A stretch of 64,000 bases of DNA from an uncultured Chthonomonadaceae bacterium. Lineage in GTDB: Bacteria > Armatimonadota > Chthonomonadetes > Chthonomonadales > Chthonomonadaceae. Shown in pieces: positions 1 to 9,673 of this stretch; the first letter of the stretch is position 1; every line of letters begins with the position of its first letter. A program made the position numbers and the translations under genes. The stretch lies in assembly GCA_963835065.1 (NCBI GenBank), contig CAWIEK010000065.1:29898-93897 (forward strand), read 5' to 3'. Below the pieces are notes generated by a model. That model was not told the DNA's origin. It did not search any database and saw nothing but the letters and a program-made list of their open reading frames with translations.

Positions 1-988
1 GGCTGTCACGTCCCAAAATCTCCTGCAGGGCGGGCGTTGTCGTCCGCCAATCGTGGGCGGGATGGTGGTAGCCGGTCAGAATCAGGGCGTGAATGGTATC
101 CCAATCGGGTGAAACGGTGGACTGTACGCCGCCGGGGGGAACCTCGCCTTTTGCCGCCCACACAATCGCGTTCAATACCATGCGGCGCATGTTGTCGTTT
201 TGCCAGTTGGCATACGGATGCCCGCCCGTAAACGCAAAACCGCGCCCGCCGTCCTTGCGCTGTACGGCCCACGCGACGGTTTGCAGCAGCGGTATGTCAT
301 CAATGGTCATATTAAGGATGGGTACGAAGCGCGGGTCCCGGTCTTGAAACCGCATGTTGTAGTAATACTCGTCGCGCAGGGGAAAAGCGATTACACCGTT
401 GCTGATAGGATGCGCTGGCGTGGCGGGGCTGAGTGTGGTGGTCAGCGTATTGATTTTGCTGAACCAGTGATTGGCCGCGCTTCCCGTCTCGTAATCGAAG
501 TACCCGCCTGCCCAATCCAGATACTCCGGCCCACCGCGCTTGACGGGCGCAAACGTCGCGTAGTGCAGCAGAACCAGTCCACAGCCCCGCTTCATCTGCT
601 TCTGGATTATTGCCAGCCGATTGCCGACAAGCAGGGGATGGTCCGCCTCGTTGTGATCGGAACCATCCGCATATACCACAATCGCGTCGGCGTCGTCAAG
701 CGTTTTCGGGTCTTCCGGCCAGCCGTACAAATGCACTTCCGTGTGATAGCCTTTGAGGTTCGGGGAGGTTTCCAGGCTGCGCGCCAGTAAACGGCACACT
801 TTTTCGTACTCATGCTCACCCGGCCCATGGCTCTTCTTCCCGGCGAGAAACACGATTTTCTTTGTACGTAAGACGGTTGGAGAAGCGGTTTGCGCGTCGC
901 TTGCGGCGCTCATCAGCATCGCCAACAAACCGATCATCAATGGCAGCCACCATTGGCTCGGCTTTAAGATTGTTTGTTTGCTTTGCAT
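1..988 (-). CDS. Secreted ThuA-like (class I glutamine amidotransferase-like) domain protein with tandem ThuA domains; runs off window start; two apparent frameshifts
   Basis: Manual translation: signal peptide MQSKQTILKPSQWWLPLMIGLLAML, then KKIVFLAGKKSHGPGEHEY ... GLVLLHYA ... DEYYYNMRF ... GGRGFAFTGGH ... RRMVLNAIVWAA, then a second domain ALILTGYHHPAHDW. Frame changes at a T run (~800) and a G5 run (~134-138). Confidence 0.75.
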   Translation of the reverse strand, partial: MQSKQTILKPSQWWLPLMIGLLAMLMSAASDAQTASPTVLRTKKIVFLAGKKSHGPGEHEYEKVCRLLARSLETSPNLKGYHTEVHLYGWPEDPKTLDDADAIVVYADGSDHNEADHPLLVGNRLAIIQKQMKRGCGLVLLHYATFAPVKRGGPEYLDWAGGYFDYETGSAANHWFSKINTLTTTLSPATPAHPISNGVIAFPLRDEYYYNMRFQDRDPRFVPILNMTIDDIPLLQTVAWAVQRKDGGRGFAFTGGHPYANWQNDNMRRMVLNAIVWAAKGEVPPGGVQSTVSPDWDTIHALILTGYHHPAHDWRTTTPALQEILGRDS

Positions 989-2151
989 TGGTTTTCGTCT
1001 CCTGCGCATTCTTTTCGGCACTCTATCCGTCGCATCAGGATCTTCTGTAGCGAAGAATTCGCGGTTTCCCGCACCAACTCTTCCGAATCACTTAGCGCAT
1101 GTTCCAGCGCAGAGATGGCTTCGTCATCGTCTCTTGCGCACAGGGCAGTTGCCGCATTTCTGAGCAACCCGCGCCGCTTGGCCCGTTTCACGGGACTGCG
1201 CTTGAATTTCTCACGGAACTCCTCATCATTCATGTACAGCAGGTCGGTTACTTTGCTGTTGACAGTGACATCACGGGGTTGGAAGGCAGGTTCCTCTGTC
1301 GGGAAGAGGGTGGGATAGCGGGCAGTTTCGCGCGCTCTGTTTATGGGGCAGACTTCCTGGCAAATGTCGCAGCCATATATGCGGTTGCCCGCTTCGGCCA
1401 GAACGGGGCGGAACTCTTCGGGGATTGCGCCTTTGAGTTCGATGGTGAGGTAAGAAAGGCAGCGGCGGGCATCCAGTTTGTAGGGTTCGAGCAGGGCGTT
1501 GGTGGGGCAGGCGTCCAGGCACTTGCGGCAGGTTCCGCAACTTCCAACGGCGGGCGCGTCCGCTTCGAGAGGCACATTGGTGACGATTTCGCCCAGGAAA
1601 AAGTACGACCCGGCGCGCGTGTTAATGAGCATGGTATTTTTGCCGAACCAACCCAGTCCCGCCCGCCTCGCCACTTCCCGCTCCAAAACCGGCCCCGCAT
1701 CCACATATACGCGCCCGTCCGCTCCGTCCATCCCCGAAGCCGCCTGCGTCTTCAAAAACGCCAGCAGTTCCTTTAGCCGACCGGCCATCACATCATGGTA
1801 ATCGTCCCCGCGCGCATAACGCGCAAAAGTTGATAGTTGATAGTTGATAGTTGATAGGCCGTCTGCTTCTATCTCCTTTTCTCCTTTTCTCCTTTTCTCC
1901 TTTTCTTCCTCTCCTTCCGTGTAGTAATTCATGCCGACGACAATAATAGAGCGAGCGTCGGGAAGGAGTTCGCGCGGGTCGAGACGGCGTTCCAGGTTGC
2001 GGGCGAGGTAGTCCATTTCGCCCGCGTAGCCTTGCGCGATCCAATCCCGATATTCGGCGGCAAAAGCGGAAGGCTCCGCCCCCGTAATGCCTACAAGGTC
2101 GAAGCCCAACGCGCGCGCCCGCTCTTTAACCAAATCTTCCAAACGCTGCAT
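964..2151 (-). CDS. queG: Epoxyqueuosine reductase
   Basis: YARGDDYH, YVDAGPVLERE, GLGWFGKNT and two Fe-S motifs (CGTCRKCLDACP, GCDICQEVCP). Carries a repeat-derived in-frame insertion (EKEKRRKGEKE...LSTINYQLST). Confidence 0.95.
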   Translation of the reverse strand: MQRLEDLVKERARALGFDLVGITGAEPSAFAAEYRDWIAQGYAGEMDYLARNLERRLDPRELLPDARSIIVVGMNYYTEGEEEKEKRRKGEKEIEADGLSTINYQLSTFARYARGDDYHDVMAGRLKELLAFLKTQAASGMDGADGRVYVDAGPVLEREVARRAGLGWFGKNTMLINTRAGSYFFLGEIVTNVPLEADAPAVGSCGTCRKCLDACPTNALLEPYKLDARRCLSYLTIELKGAIPEEFRPVLAEAGNRIYGCDICQEVCPINRARETARYPTLFPTEEPAFQPRDVTVNSKVTDLLYMNDEEFREKFKRSPVKRAKRRGLLRNAATALCARDDDEAISALEHALSDSEELVRETANSSLQKILMRRIECRKECAGDENQCKANKQS

Positions 2152-2162
2152 TTCAGTCCTTC

Positions 2163-2442
2163 ACCACAGAGGCACAGAGACACAGAGGTTTCACAGAGAA
2201 AAGAAGAAAAGGGGAATGAGGAGAGGGAACCGCGAAAGAAACGAACCAAGACGAAAAGAGGAAAAACAAAAAGAACCGCAAAGAGCCTCAGGATGTCAAA
2301 AGAGGAGCAGTCACTTCGTAGGACTCTTTACAATTCTCTTCGCTTCTTCTTTTGTCTTTTTCGTTTATTTCGCGTGTTTTGCGGTTTCTACCTCCGTATT
2401 CTCTCTGTTTTTTCTGTGAAACCTCTGTGTCTCTGTGCCTCT
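2163..2442. repeat. Nested palindromic repeat element (REPIN/MITE-like)
   Basis: Perfect 30-bp outer inverted repeat (2168-2197 / 2413-2442) enclosing an imperfect inner IR AACCGCGAAA...TTTTGCGGTT (~2228-2260 / ~2356-2386). Confidence 0.85.
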
Positions 2443-2465
2443 AGCGTAGCGGGTGGTTCAAACTT

Positions 2466-3158
2466 CTATCCTACCGCGTCCAGCGCGTCTTTAATGGACA
2501 TTTGCACACACGTCAAGATGGGCGTGTCACGCAGGGTGAACAGGCTGGACTCGGTTTCGCGCAACGCCATCACCAAGTCCAAAAAGTCGGCCATAATGTC
2601 GGTTTCAAAAGCAACGACAAATTCCTGATCGTCTATGCCGAAGGAATAGGTCGTGTTCAGCTTCACAGTCGGGAATTTGTGCCCCACTTCGATGTGCGTG
2701 GACATAGCCTTTTGGCGCTCTTCCAGCGACTTCAAGTACCACTGCCGCGTTTTGACGAAAGGGTACACGAACAGGTACTTGCGCCCGGTAGGACGAATCA
2801 CCAGCCGACGGCCTTCCGGCGAACCTTTTTCCGTCGGGTCAAGGTACTGCGAATTTTTGGTCATGGCAAGAAAACAGTAGGGTTGCGTAGCCCACTTGCC
2901 GATGCCCGTGTTGAGCAGTTTCGAGCCGTGCTTCTGAATAATGTCCAGTTCCGGGCTGGCGTTCCACAGCAGCAAATCCACATCGCCGCGTATGCCGACC
3001 AGCGAGTAACTGCGCACCATCATCTCATCCGCAGCCTCTTCCACCGCGCTTGCAAACGCCGCTTTGTCCTGCGCCCGAACCTCATCGGGCTGCCGCCGCC
3101 ACGCCGCATCAAACTTATAAAACGCAAACTGCACCATCGGGCGTCCGCGATTGTCCAT
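2466..3158 (-). CDS. Chlorite dismutase family protein, probably coproheme decarboxylase (ChdC/HemQ-like)
   Basis: YSLVGIRGDVDLLLW, YLFVYPFVKTRQWY, H..VGHKF, TTYSFGIDDQEFVVAFE, LRETESS. GGAGG RBS before ATG 3158. Confidence 0.85.
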   Translation of the reverse strand: MDNRGRPMVQFAFYKFDAAWRRQPDEVRAQDKAAFASAVEEAADEMMVRSYSLVGIRGDVDLLLWNASPELDIIQKHGSKLLNTGIGKWATQPYCFLAMTKNSQYLDPTEKGSPEGRRLVIRPTGRKYLFVYPFVKTRQWYLKSLEERQKAMSTHIEVGHKFPTVKLNTTYSFGIDDQEFVVAFETDIMADFLDLVMALRETESSLFTLRDTPILTCVQMSIKDALDAVG

Positions 3159-3169
3159 TAGAAACCTCC

Positions 3170-3278
3170 GGGTGTTCGGTGTTCGGTATTCGGTATTCGG
3201 AAATACAAAAGTATGGAAGTTTAGCTTCACAAGGAAGAGTTATGAACCGAACACCGAATACCTGAATACCTAACACCA
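3170..3278. repeat. Inverted pair of heptamer arrays (GGTRTTC)n / (GAAYACC)n
   Basis: ggtgttcggtgttcggtattcggtattcgg faces accgaacaccgaatacctgaatacc across a ~45-bp spacer. Confidence 0.85.
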
Positions 3279-3279
3279 A

Positions 3280-4507
3280 TTATGGCACTACCACCAGCGT
3301 CTGCACCGCGCCGTCGTGTGCCGCGATGCGGGCGATTTGATGGCCGTTGCGGACATTCCAGTAGCGCAGGGTTTTGTCACTGCCGCCGCTGACCAGCATA
3401 TCGCCGTTTGCTGTCCACGCCAGAGCGGTTACGCTGCGGTCATGCCCGCCTGCAAACGCGATTCCCGTGCCGGTCTGCACATTCCACAATCGTATTTTAC
3501 CCTCTTCGTCGCCGGTTGCGATAGTTTTGCCGTCCGGGGAGTAGGCAGCCGCGAAAACGCCCTTGCTCGTGACGCGAAAACGCCGCATCAGGCTGCCGCC
3601 ATTGGTTTCCCAAACCTTTAAATAACCGTCCATAGACACGCTGGCAATAAGATCGCCTGCGGGAGAAAGGGATATGGCGGTAATGCTGCCTTCGTGCGCG
3701 ACAATCGTGGATTCGTAATCCATAATCCGGCCCTGCGCGCGCAGTTTCCAGACCCGGATTTGATGGTCATCGCTGCTGCTGACAAGGGTGTTGCCGTCAC
3801 CTGAAAATTGCAGGCTGCGAACCGCGTCGTCATGCGCCTTGATTTCCACAAGCAGGTGTCCGCTCACTCGATCCCACAGGCGAATAAACGTGTCCGCGCC
3901 CCCAGTGGCGATAATCAGGCTGCCGGGAGAAATAGCGAGCGCCGTAATGCCGCCCTCATGCGCTTTTACGCTGCGCAGGGGCATGGCGTTCGCCGATTCC
4001 TCTTCGGCCATGTCCCACCATTTGAGCGTTCCGTCCGCACCCCCGGAAATCAGCAGGGGCGTCGGCTTGCCGTTCATGCTCATCACGTATGTCAGAGCCA
4101 TCGCGGAAACGGACGCCTCATGCGAGCCGATAAACCCGTTCATCTTGCCCGTCGCGTCCCAGTGTTTCAGGCTGTGATCGCTGCCGCCAGTCAGCACAAC
4201 CGGCAGAATCGCGTTGGTGTCATGGGGCGCAGGAATGGGCGCGGACAGGGACGGCGACAGCGGCATGGCGACTGCCGCCACAGGCGAAGCGGGCATGGCA
4301 GGCGGCGGCACGGATACAAGGGGGCGTTGGCGCTTGCGCGTTTGCCATAGCGCTCAGGGAAAATAAGTACGCGCATACTGCTTGCAAGACAATGCCGGTT
4401 CGCGCCCGCCGAAGCAAACAGGCAATGAGAATGCAATAGTTGCGGAATGGAAACAGCGCAGAAAATGGCATGGTGGGCAGGGTGTCAGTGGTATCGCGCA
4501 TTGTCAT
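3280..4507 (-). CDS. WD40-repeat beta-propeller protein with probable N-terminal signal and Pro-rich linker (frameshift at G run ~4320)
   Basis: About seven GH/AH...WD-type repeats in 3280..4311; the upstream frame encodes ...YLFSLSAMANAQAPTPP. Confidence 0.8.
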
Positions 4508-4703
4508 TGAGTAACTTCCGGGTTGATTATGTAAAGTGTTCTAAAACCAGAGCAAAATATGAGACGTCTCTCATCCGTTGCCTGGTATGACAATGCGGAC
4601 GCATAATTGTTACCGCTATGTTGCCGGGAGCAAGCGTCAGCTGGAACAGCTATTTGTCCATAAGTCCCTTATTCTTTTCGCGTTCTTTCGCGTATTTTGC
4701 GGT

Positions 4704-5468
4704 TTAACTCTGCTCTTCCGCTTCCACTACCGCGCCGAATTTGCGGACGCGCTTCTGGTAATCGGCAAGCGCGGCAATTAAATGGTCGCGGTCAAAGTCG
4801 GGCCAGCAAGTCGGGGTGATGTGGATCTCGCTGTACGCGGTTTCCCACAGCAAAAAATTGGACAGGCGTAATTCCCCGGCTGTGCGGATAAGCAGGTCGG
4901 GGTCGGGAATTTCGGGCGCGTACAGATGGGCGGCAATGGCTTCTTCGGTGATTTGGTCGGGCGCAATCTGCCCCTGTCGCACCTGCTCGGCGAGGACGCG
5001 AACCGAGTCTACCACTTCCGCGCGCCCGCCGTAGTTGATGGCGAGATTGAACGTCAGGCCGTCAAAATGCGCGGTGCGCTGCATGGCGTCTTCAAACTCG
5101 GCGCGCAGGTCGGGCGGCAGTTCGCGCATCCGGCCCGACACCCGCACCCGCACGTTGTTTCGGATCAACTCCTCGATTTCCGCCCGCATCGCCCGCAGCA
5201 TCAATTCCATCAGCCCGCCAACCTCGTCTTGCGAGCGCCGCCAGTTCTCCGAGGAAAAGCCATACACGGTGAGATAGCGGATGCCCAGATCGTCCGCCGC
5301 ATACACAATATCTTTGAGCGTCCGGTAGCCCTGATCGTGCCCCCACAAGCGGTTTTTGCCCTGCGCCCGCGCCCATCTGCCGTTGCCGTCCATGATAATG
5401 GCGACATGGACGGGAATGCGCGCCGGGTCAAGCCCGGCTGCTGTCGCGTTGGCTGTCCTGTTGGTCAT
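4704..5468 (-). CDS. uppS: Isoprenyl transferase (undecaprenyl diphosphate synthase)
   Basis: HVAIIMDGNGRWA, FSSENWRRS, INYGGR, PDLLIRTAGELRLSNFLLW; directly downstream of frr. Confidence 0.96.
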   Translation of the reverse strand: MTNRTANATAAGLDPARIPVHVAIIMDGNGRWARAQGKNRLWGHDQGYRTLKDIVYAADDLGIRYLTVYGFSSENWRRSQDEVGGLMELMLRAMRAEIEELIRNNVRVRVSGRMRELPPDLRAEFEDAMQRTAHFDGLTFNLAINYGGRAEVVDSVRVLAEQVRQGQIAPDQITEEAIAAHLYAPEIPDPDLLIRTAGELRLSNFLLWETAYSEIHITPTCWPDFDRDHLIAALADYQKRVRKFGAVVEAEEQS

Positions 5469-5469
5469 A

Positions 5470-6033
5470 TTAAACTTCCATCAAATCCGCTTCTTTGGCC
5501 TTCGTCAATTGATCCACTTCCGCGATGTACTTGTCGGTCAGCTTTTGCACTTGATCCGCGCCGCGCTTTTCGTCGTTTTCGGAAATGGGGCTTTCCTTGT
5601 CCTTGCGGGCGGTGGACAGTTTCTTGATGGCGTCCTGTCGCACGGTGCGAATGGAGGCTTTGCCTGTTTCCGCCTTCTGGTTCACCTGCTTGATGAACTC
5701 CTTGCGGCGCTGCTCGGTCAGGGGCGGGATGTTGAGGCGGATGCCCACGCCGTCGTTGTTGGGCGTGATGCCGACATCCGACTTCGTAATCGCTTTTTCG
5801 ATATGGGACAGCGCGTTGCGGTCAAACGGCGTGATGAGCAGTTGGCGGGGTTCGGGCACGGACACGGCTGCCACCTGATTGAGCGGCAGGCTGGAGCCGT
5901 ACATTTCCACCTTGATATGCTCCAGAATGCCGGGGTTGGCGCGTCCGGTGCGTATCAGCGAAAACTCATGGTTCACAGCCTCAATGGACTTCTTCATCTT
6001 GCTTTCAGCGTCTTTGATTAGATCAGGGATCAT
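5470..6033 (-). CDS. frr: Ribosome recycling factor
   Basis: IRTGRANP, PLNQVA, PNNDG..IRLNIPPLTEQRRKE; conserved frr-uppS order. Confidence 0.97.
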   Translation of the reverse strand: MIPDLIKDAESKMKKSIEAVNHEFSLIRTGRANPGILEHIKVEMYGSSLPLNQVAAVSVPEPRQLLITPFDRNALSHIEKAITKSDVGITPNNDGVGIRLNIPPLTEQRRKEFIKQVNQKAETGKASIRTVRQDAIKKLSTARKDKESPISENDEKRGADQVQKLTDKYIAEVDQLTKAKEADLMEV

Positions 6034-6164
6034 GGTGAGCCTCTTTGTGTTATGAAATGAGTAGCATTGTAGAAACGTGTCGTACAGGCGTCTGCCATCA
6101 GTTTACAAACTCAGCAAGTCGCGCGTTTGTTCCCGCAGCAGCGTAAGACGACGTTGTAGTTGTG

Positions 6165-6192
6165 TTTCCGCTTCAGCCTGCGTATTTCCTGC
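6165..6192 (-). promoter_or_regulatory. SigH-like promoter candidate GCAGGA-N18-GAAA upstream of frr
   Basis: Same motif and 18-nt spacing as five other upstream sites in the window. Confidence 0.45.
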
Positions 6193-6219
6193 CGCAAACG
6201 GCAGGGCATCTATCAACTA

Positions 6220-7576
6220 TCAACCATCAACTATCAACTTCTCTGGTTCCGGCGGCAGGGTTTCTAATTCGGGGCGCAGGGCGGGGTCGGGCGGCAGACG
6301 GAACGCGACAATGGCGGCTACCACGTAGGAACCCGCCAGTATAAACAGCCCCGACTCGTAAGTGTGGGTGCGGTCTTTCAGTTGCCCCATCAGGTAGGGA
6401 CTGAAAAACGAGCCTAGATTGCCGACGGAATTGATGAACGCAATGCCGCCCGCCGCCGCCGCGCCGCTGAGAAAGCCCGTTGTCAGCGCCCAGAACGGGC
6501 CGGTCCACGCCGCGCCGCCGATAGCGACGATGCACAGGCCCACCATCGTCCACACGGGTGAGCGCGTTTCCGCAACCATGGCAACGCCCGCCGCGCAAAT
6601 CACCGTGCCGACAACCACATACCAGCGCCGTTCGCGGGTTTTGTCGGAATGGGTGGCAACGGCAATCAGGATGATGCCGTCGATAATGCCGGGGATCACG
6701 CCCATGTTCAAAATTTTAGCGTTGCTCCACGTCCGTGCGCTGCTGCAAAATCAACTGCTGAAAAAAGCCCAATCCCGCGCCACTGAAGATGATAATGAAG
6801 AACAGGGCGCACAGGTGCAGGACGCGGGGGTAGCGCAGCGCCTGCGTAATGCTCATGTGGTGGTACTTCTGGCGGTGCTGTTGTTCGCGCGTCAGGGTCG
6901 TTGTCAGCCATGTTCGCTCTTCGTCTTGCAGCCAGTGCGCGTTTTCCGGCTTGTCGGTCATATAGGCCAGCACGACAAAGCCTAAAAAGAACGAAGGAAT
7001 GCCTTCCATCAGAAACAGCCATTGCCAGCCCTGCAAATGCCCCACGCCGTTCATTTTCAGCAGCAGCGCGCCGAGGGGTCCGCCGATAATCCCCGCCACC
7101 GTTCCGGCCACAATAAAGGCCGATCCCGCCCGCCCCCGAATGTTGTTGGGAAACCAGTACGTCAGGTACAGCACCATGCCCGGAAAAAAGCCCGCTTCCG
7201 CCACGCCGAGCAGGAAGCGCAGGATGTAGAAACTCATGGGCGAGCGCGTCAACATCATCATCGCGGCGATAATGCCCCACGTAAACATGATACGCGCAAT
7301 CCAGCGCCGCGCCCCGACCCGCTCCATGATGATGTTGCTCGGAATCTCAAAAATGAAATAGCCGACAAAGAAAATGCCCGCGCCAAATCCATACACTTTA
7401 TCGCTGAACTGCAAATCCTGCTTCATGGTCAGCACCGCCGCGCCGACGTTGGAACGATCCAGAATCGCGAAAATGTACAGCAGGAACATGAACGGGATCA
7501 GCCGCGCGGCCACTTTGCGCATCGTCACGCGCTCCAACTCCCCCTCTTCGCTCGTTGGCGTCGTACTTATCTCCAT
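6220..7576 (-). CDS. MFS transporter, anion:cation symporter (TtuB/HpaX-like); split by an apparent frameshift ~6730
   Basis: LDRSNVG, EIPSN, GARRWIARIM, RFLLGVAEAGFFPG, GWQWLFLMEGIP; the C-terminal half AGGIAFINSVGNLG lies in the adjacent frame. Confidence 0.9.
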
Positions 7577-7732
7577 TGAAAGTCCGTTCCTCTTCTCGTT
7601 ACGTGTGAATGTTGCAGGCAAAAACTGAAAATAGCCGCGAATGAACGCGAATAAACGCGAATGGCGCAAGCTGCGCGGGCAAAAGGGTCAAGGCAGCGCG
7701 GCAGAATAGTAATACGACAAAACTATGGGGAG

Positions 7733-7760
7733 TTTCGATGAGGAGAGGGCGAGTTCCTGC
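7733..7760 (-). promoter_or_regulatory. SigH-like promoter candidate GCAGGA-N18-GAAA upstream of the MFS gene
   Basis: Intergenic, correctly oriented, 18-nt spacer. Confidence 0.5.
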
Positions 7761-7784
7761 ATGGCACTTTTACCTAATGGCTTC

Positions 7785-8159
7785 TTACGATATTTTTGCC
7801 ATGAGGGCTGGTATTTGCTCGTGAATGGGTGAAGGCACAACACGGAAATTGGACAGATAGGCCGTGTAGCCGTTCTTGTGCCACTCCGTTACAATTGTCG
7901 CTTCGATCTCTGCTCCGGCTGGCACTTCGTTGATAAGGCGTACGCAAAGACCACTATCACGCACAGGAACCTTCTGCGTGATAGTGCGCTCTTTTCCATC
8001 GGGACGAACCGCTTTTTGAACGAGCGTCACAAAATTTGATTGCTCGTCGGGCAGACTTACAATCTGTACGCGGCTGGTTACTTCCTCTTTCCGCAGCATT
8101 ACTTTCCCCTTCACCGGCTTCAAGGGCGGAAGGCGTTCAGCTTTCGGCGGGACATTCAT
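7785..8159 (-). CDS. Hypothetical protein
   Basis: Clean ORF with GGAG RBS, co-oriented with its neighbours; no family recognised. Confidence 0.6.
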   Translation of the reverse strand: MNVPPKAERLPPLKPVKGKVMLRKEEVTSRVQIVSLPDEQSNFVTLVQKAVRPDGKERTITQKVPVRDSGLCVRLINEVPAGAEIEATIVTEWHKNGYTAYLSNFRVVPSPIHEQIPALMAKIS

Positions 8160-8221
8160 CGCCCCCGCTCCGGTTCCGTCCAAGTTTTATGCGGGAAGTA
8201 CGCGGCAGTTACATTGCAGGG

Positions 8222-8800
8222 TCAGTGGGGCAGGGTTGCTATCACCCATCCAAAGGTTGCGCCGCCGAGCAGCAGATAAAGCGGGGCAATTTTGGTCTTT
8301 ATCGCCAGCAGGAGCGACAGAAGGGCCACCATGCCAAGCGGCCAGGAGGTGATGGCATTGCGCCCGATGCTCCACAGCGTTGCGCCGAGCAGACCGACCA
8401 CGCCGGGAGCCGCGCCCGCCCCGAACGCGCGCACCCAACGGCTTTTCGCCAATTTCTCCACGCCCGCCGCCGCCAACGCCGCCAGAATCGTCGGGGCAAG
8501 GAACATCCCCAATGTCGCCGCGATTCCACCCGGCAGCCCGCCCGCCATATAGCCGACAAAAGCCGCCATTGTCGTCACGGGGCCGGGAATCAGGTAGCCG
8601 AAGCCGACGCCCGCCGTAAACGCGGGCGTAGTCAGCCAGCCCCGCTCGGCGACGCTGGTACGCTCGATCAGGGGCAGAACCGCCTGCCCGCCCCCGAACG
8701 CCAGCAGGCTGATGACGGCAAACTGCAGGAACAGCGCCCACAGCAAACCGGCATCAAGAGCGGGAGGAAAGAACGCGGAAGTTGGAAATGCAGGGTTCAT
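8222..8800 (-). CDS. Short-chain chromate transporter (CHR family)
   Basis: SLLAFGGG, GWLT, IPGP, FVGY..GG..G; hydrophobic throughout. Confidence 0.88.
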   Translation of the reverse strand: MNPAFPTSAFFPPALDAGLLWALFLQFAVISLLAFGGGQAVLPLIERTSVAERGWLTTPAFTAGVGFGYLIPGPVTTMAAFVGYMAGGLPGGIAATLGMFLAPTILAALAAAGVEKLAKSRWVRAFGAGAAPGVVGLLGATLWSIGRNAITSWPLGMVALLSLLLAIKTKIAPLYLLLGGATFGWVIATLPH

Positions 8801-8843
8801 GCAGATTTAACAATTTGCGCGGTATCGCGGATGGATCGAAATT

Positions 8844-9551
8844 CTACTTTTTATAACTGTCGGGCACATCGGCGCGTTTGATGTCCTCATGTTCGTACTC
8901 GCTCCCGATGTTGTCCGCAGCCGGGGAGCCGCCCAATCCGAACAGGCTTGCGGCTTTTGACCAGACCCGCACTTCGCCGCCGCCCTGACGGTAACGCTCG
9001 CGCGCCAGATTTTTCAGTTTGCTGTCCGACTCAATGACGGGCGCGGGCAAATGCGCGGCCTGCTCCAGCGTCGGGAAATCCGCGTCGAACTCCGCCATTT
9101 CCCGGTCTATTTTGTAGGGCGCGTAAGACGGCGCGGTAGTGGGAGCCGACATGGAGAACTTTAGTATGGACGTGTTGACGCTTTTCAATTTGCGCAGGTA
9201 TGTGGCGCGCGAACGGGCATGCCAATCCACAAAGCGGGCGACTTCGGCATGACTGGCAGGCAAGTTGGCGAGACGGCTGCGCTTCACTCCGCCTTCCCGC
9301 GTCAGACGGGCGCGTAGCATCGTGATTTCCTGCTGCTCGGCGAGAATGTCGCGCTGCACCATCACCCAATCCGGCAGCCCGCCCGCGTTTTTCAGCACCT
9401 TGTTCGCCATGCGGATGTGCAGCGGTACGCCCGCATCGTCTTCAAACACGATGGGCTTGCCTCTGCCCGGCAAATTGTCGAACTTGCCTTCCTCAATCGC
9501 TTCCTGAATCTTGCGCTCTGCAACCCGCGCAATCACCTCCGGGTCAATCAT
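8844..9551 (-). CDS. DUF1992 (DnaJ-family DNAJC28-like conserved domain) protein
   Basis: AERKIQEAIEEGKFDNLPGRGKP ... MANKVLKNAG.LPDW signature. Confidence 0.85.
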   Translation of the reverse strand: MIDPEVIARVAERKIQEAIEEGKFDNLPGRGKPIVFEDDAGVPLHIRMANKVLKNAGGLPDWVMVQRDILAEQQEITMLRARLTREGGVKRSRLANLPASHAEVARFVDWHARSRATYLRKLKSVNTSILKFSMSAPTTAPSYAPYKIDREMAEFDADFPTLEQAAHLPAPVIESDSKLKNLARERYRQGGGEVRVWSKAASLFGLGGSPAADNIGSEYEHEDIKRADVPDSYKK

Positions 9552-9673
9552 GCCAGCGTTCCCTTTCAAAAACGAATTCCGCCGCCCGAATCGAGAAGTT
9601 CTCTCGTCTATTATATTATACATTCTCTGTGGTAGACTTGTTGCAGTCTAATTTTCGAGGAGTTTTCGCGCCC

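Noticed and set aside
2152..2465. preQ1 riboswitch upstream of queG
   Set aside because: No preQ1 consensus; the region is explained by repeat arms.
2032..2628. Plus-strand ORFs of 198 aa and 110 aa
   Set aside because: They are translations of the nested palindrome and of the chdC antisense strand.
6100..6210. Short minus-strand peptide ...LQRRLTLLREQTRDLLSL
   Set aside because: No convincing start or RBS and no recognisable family; it overlaps a promoter candidate.
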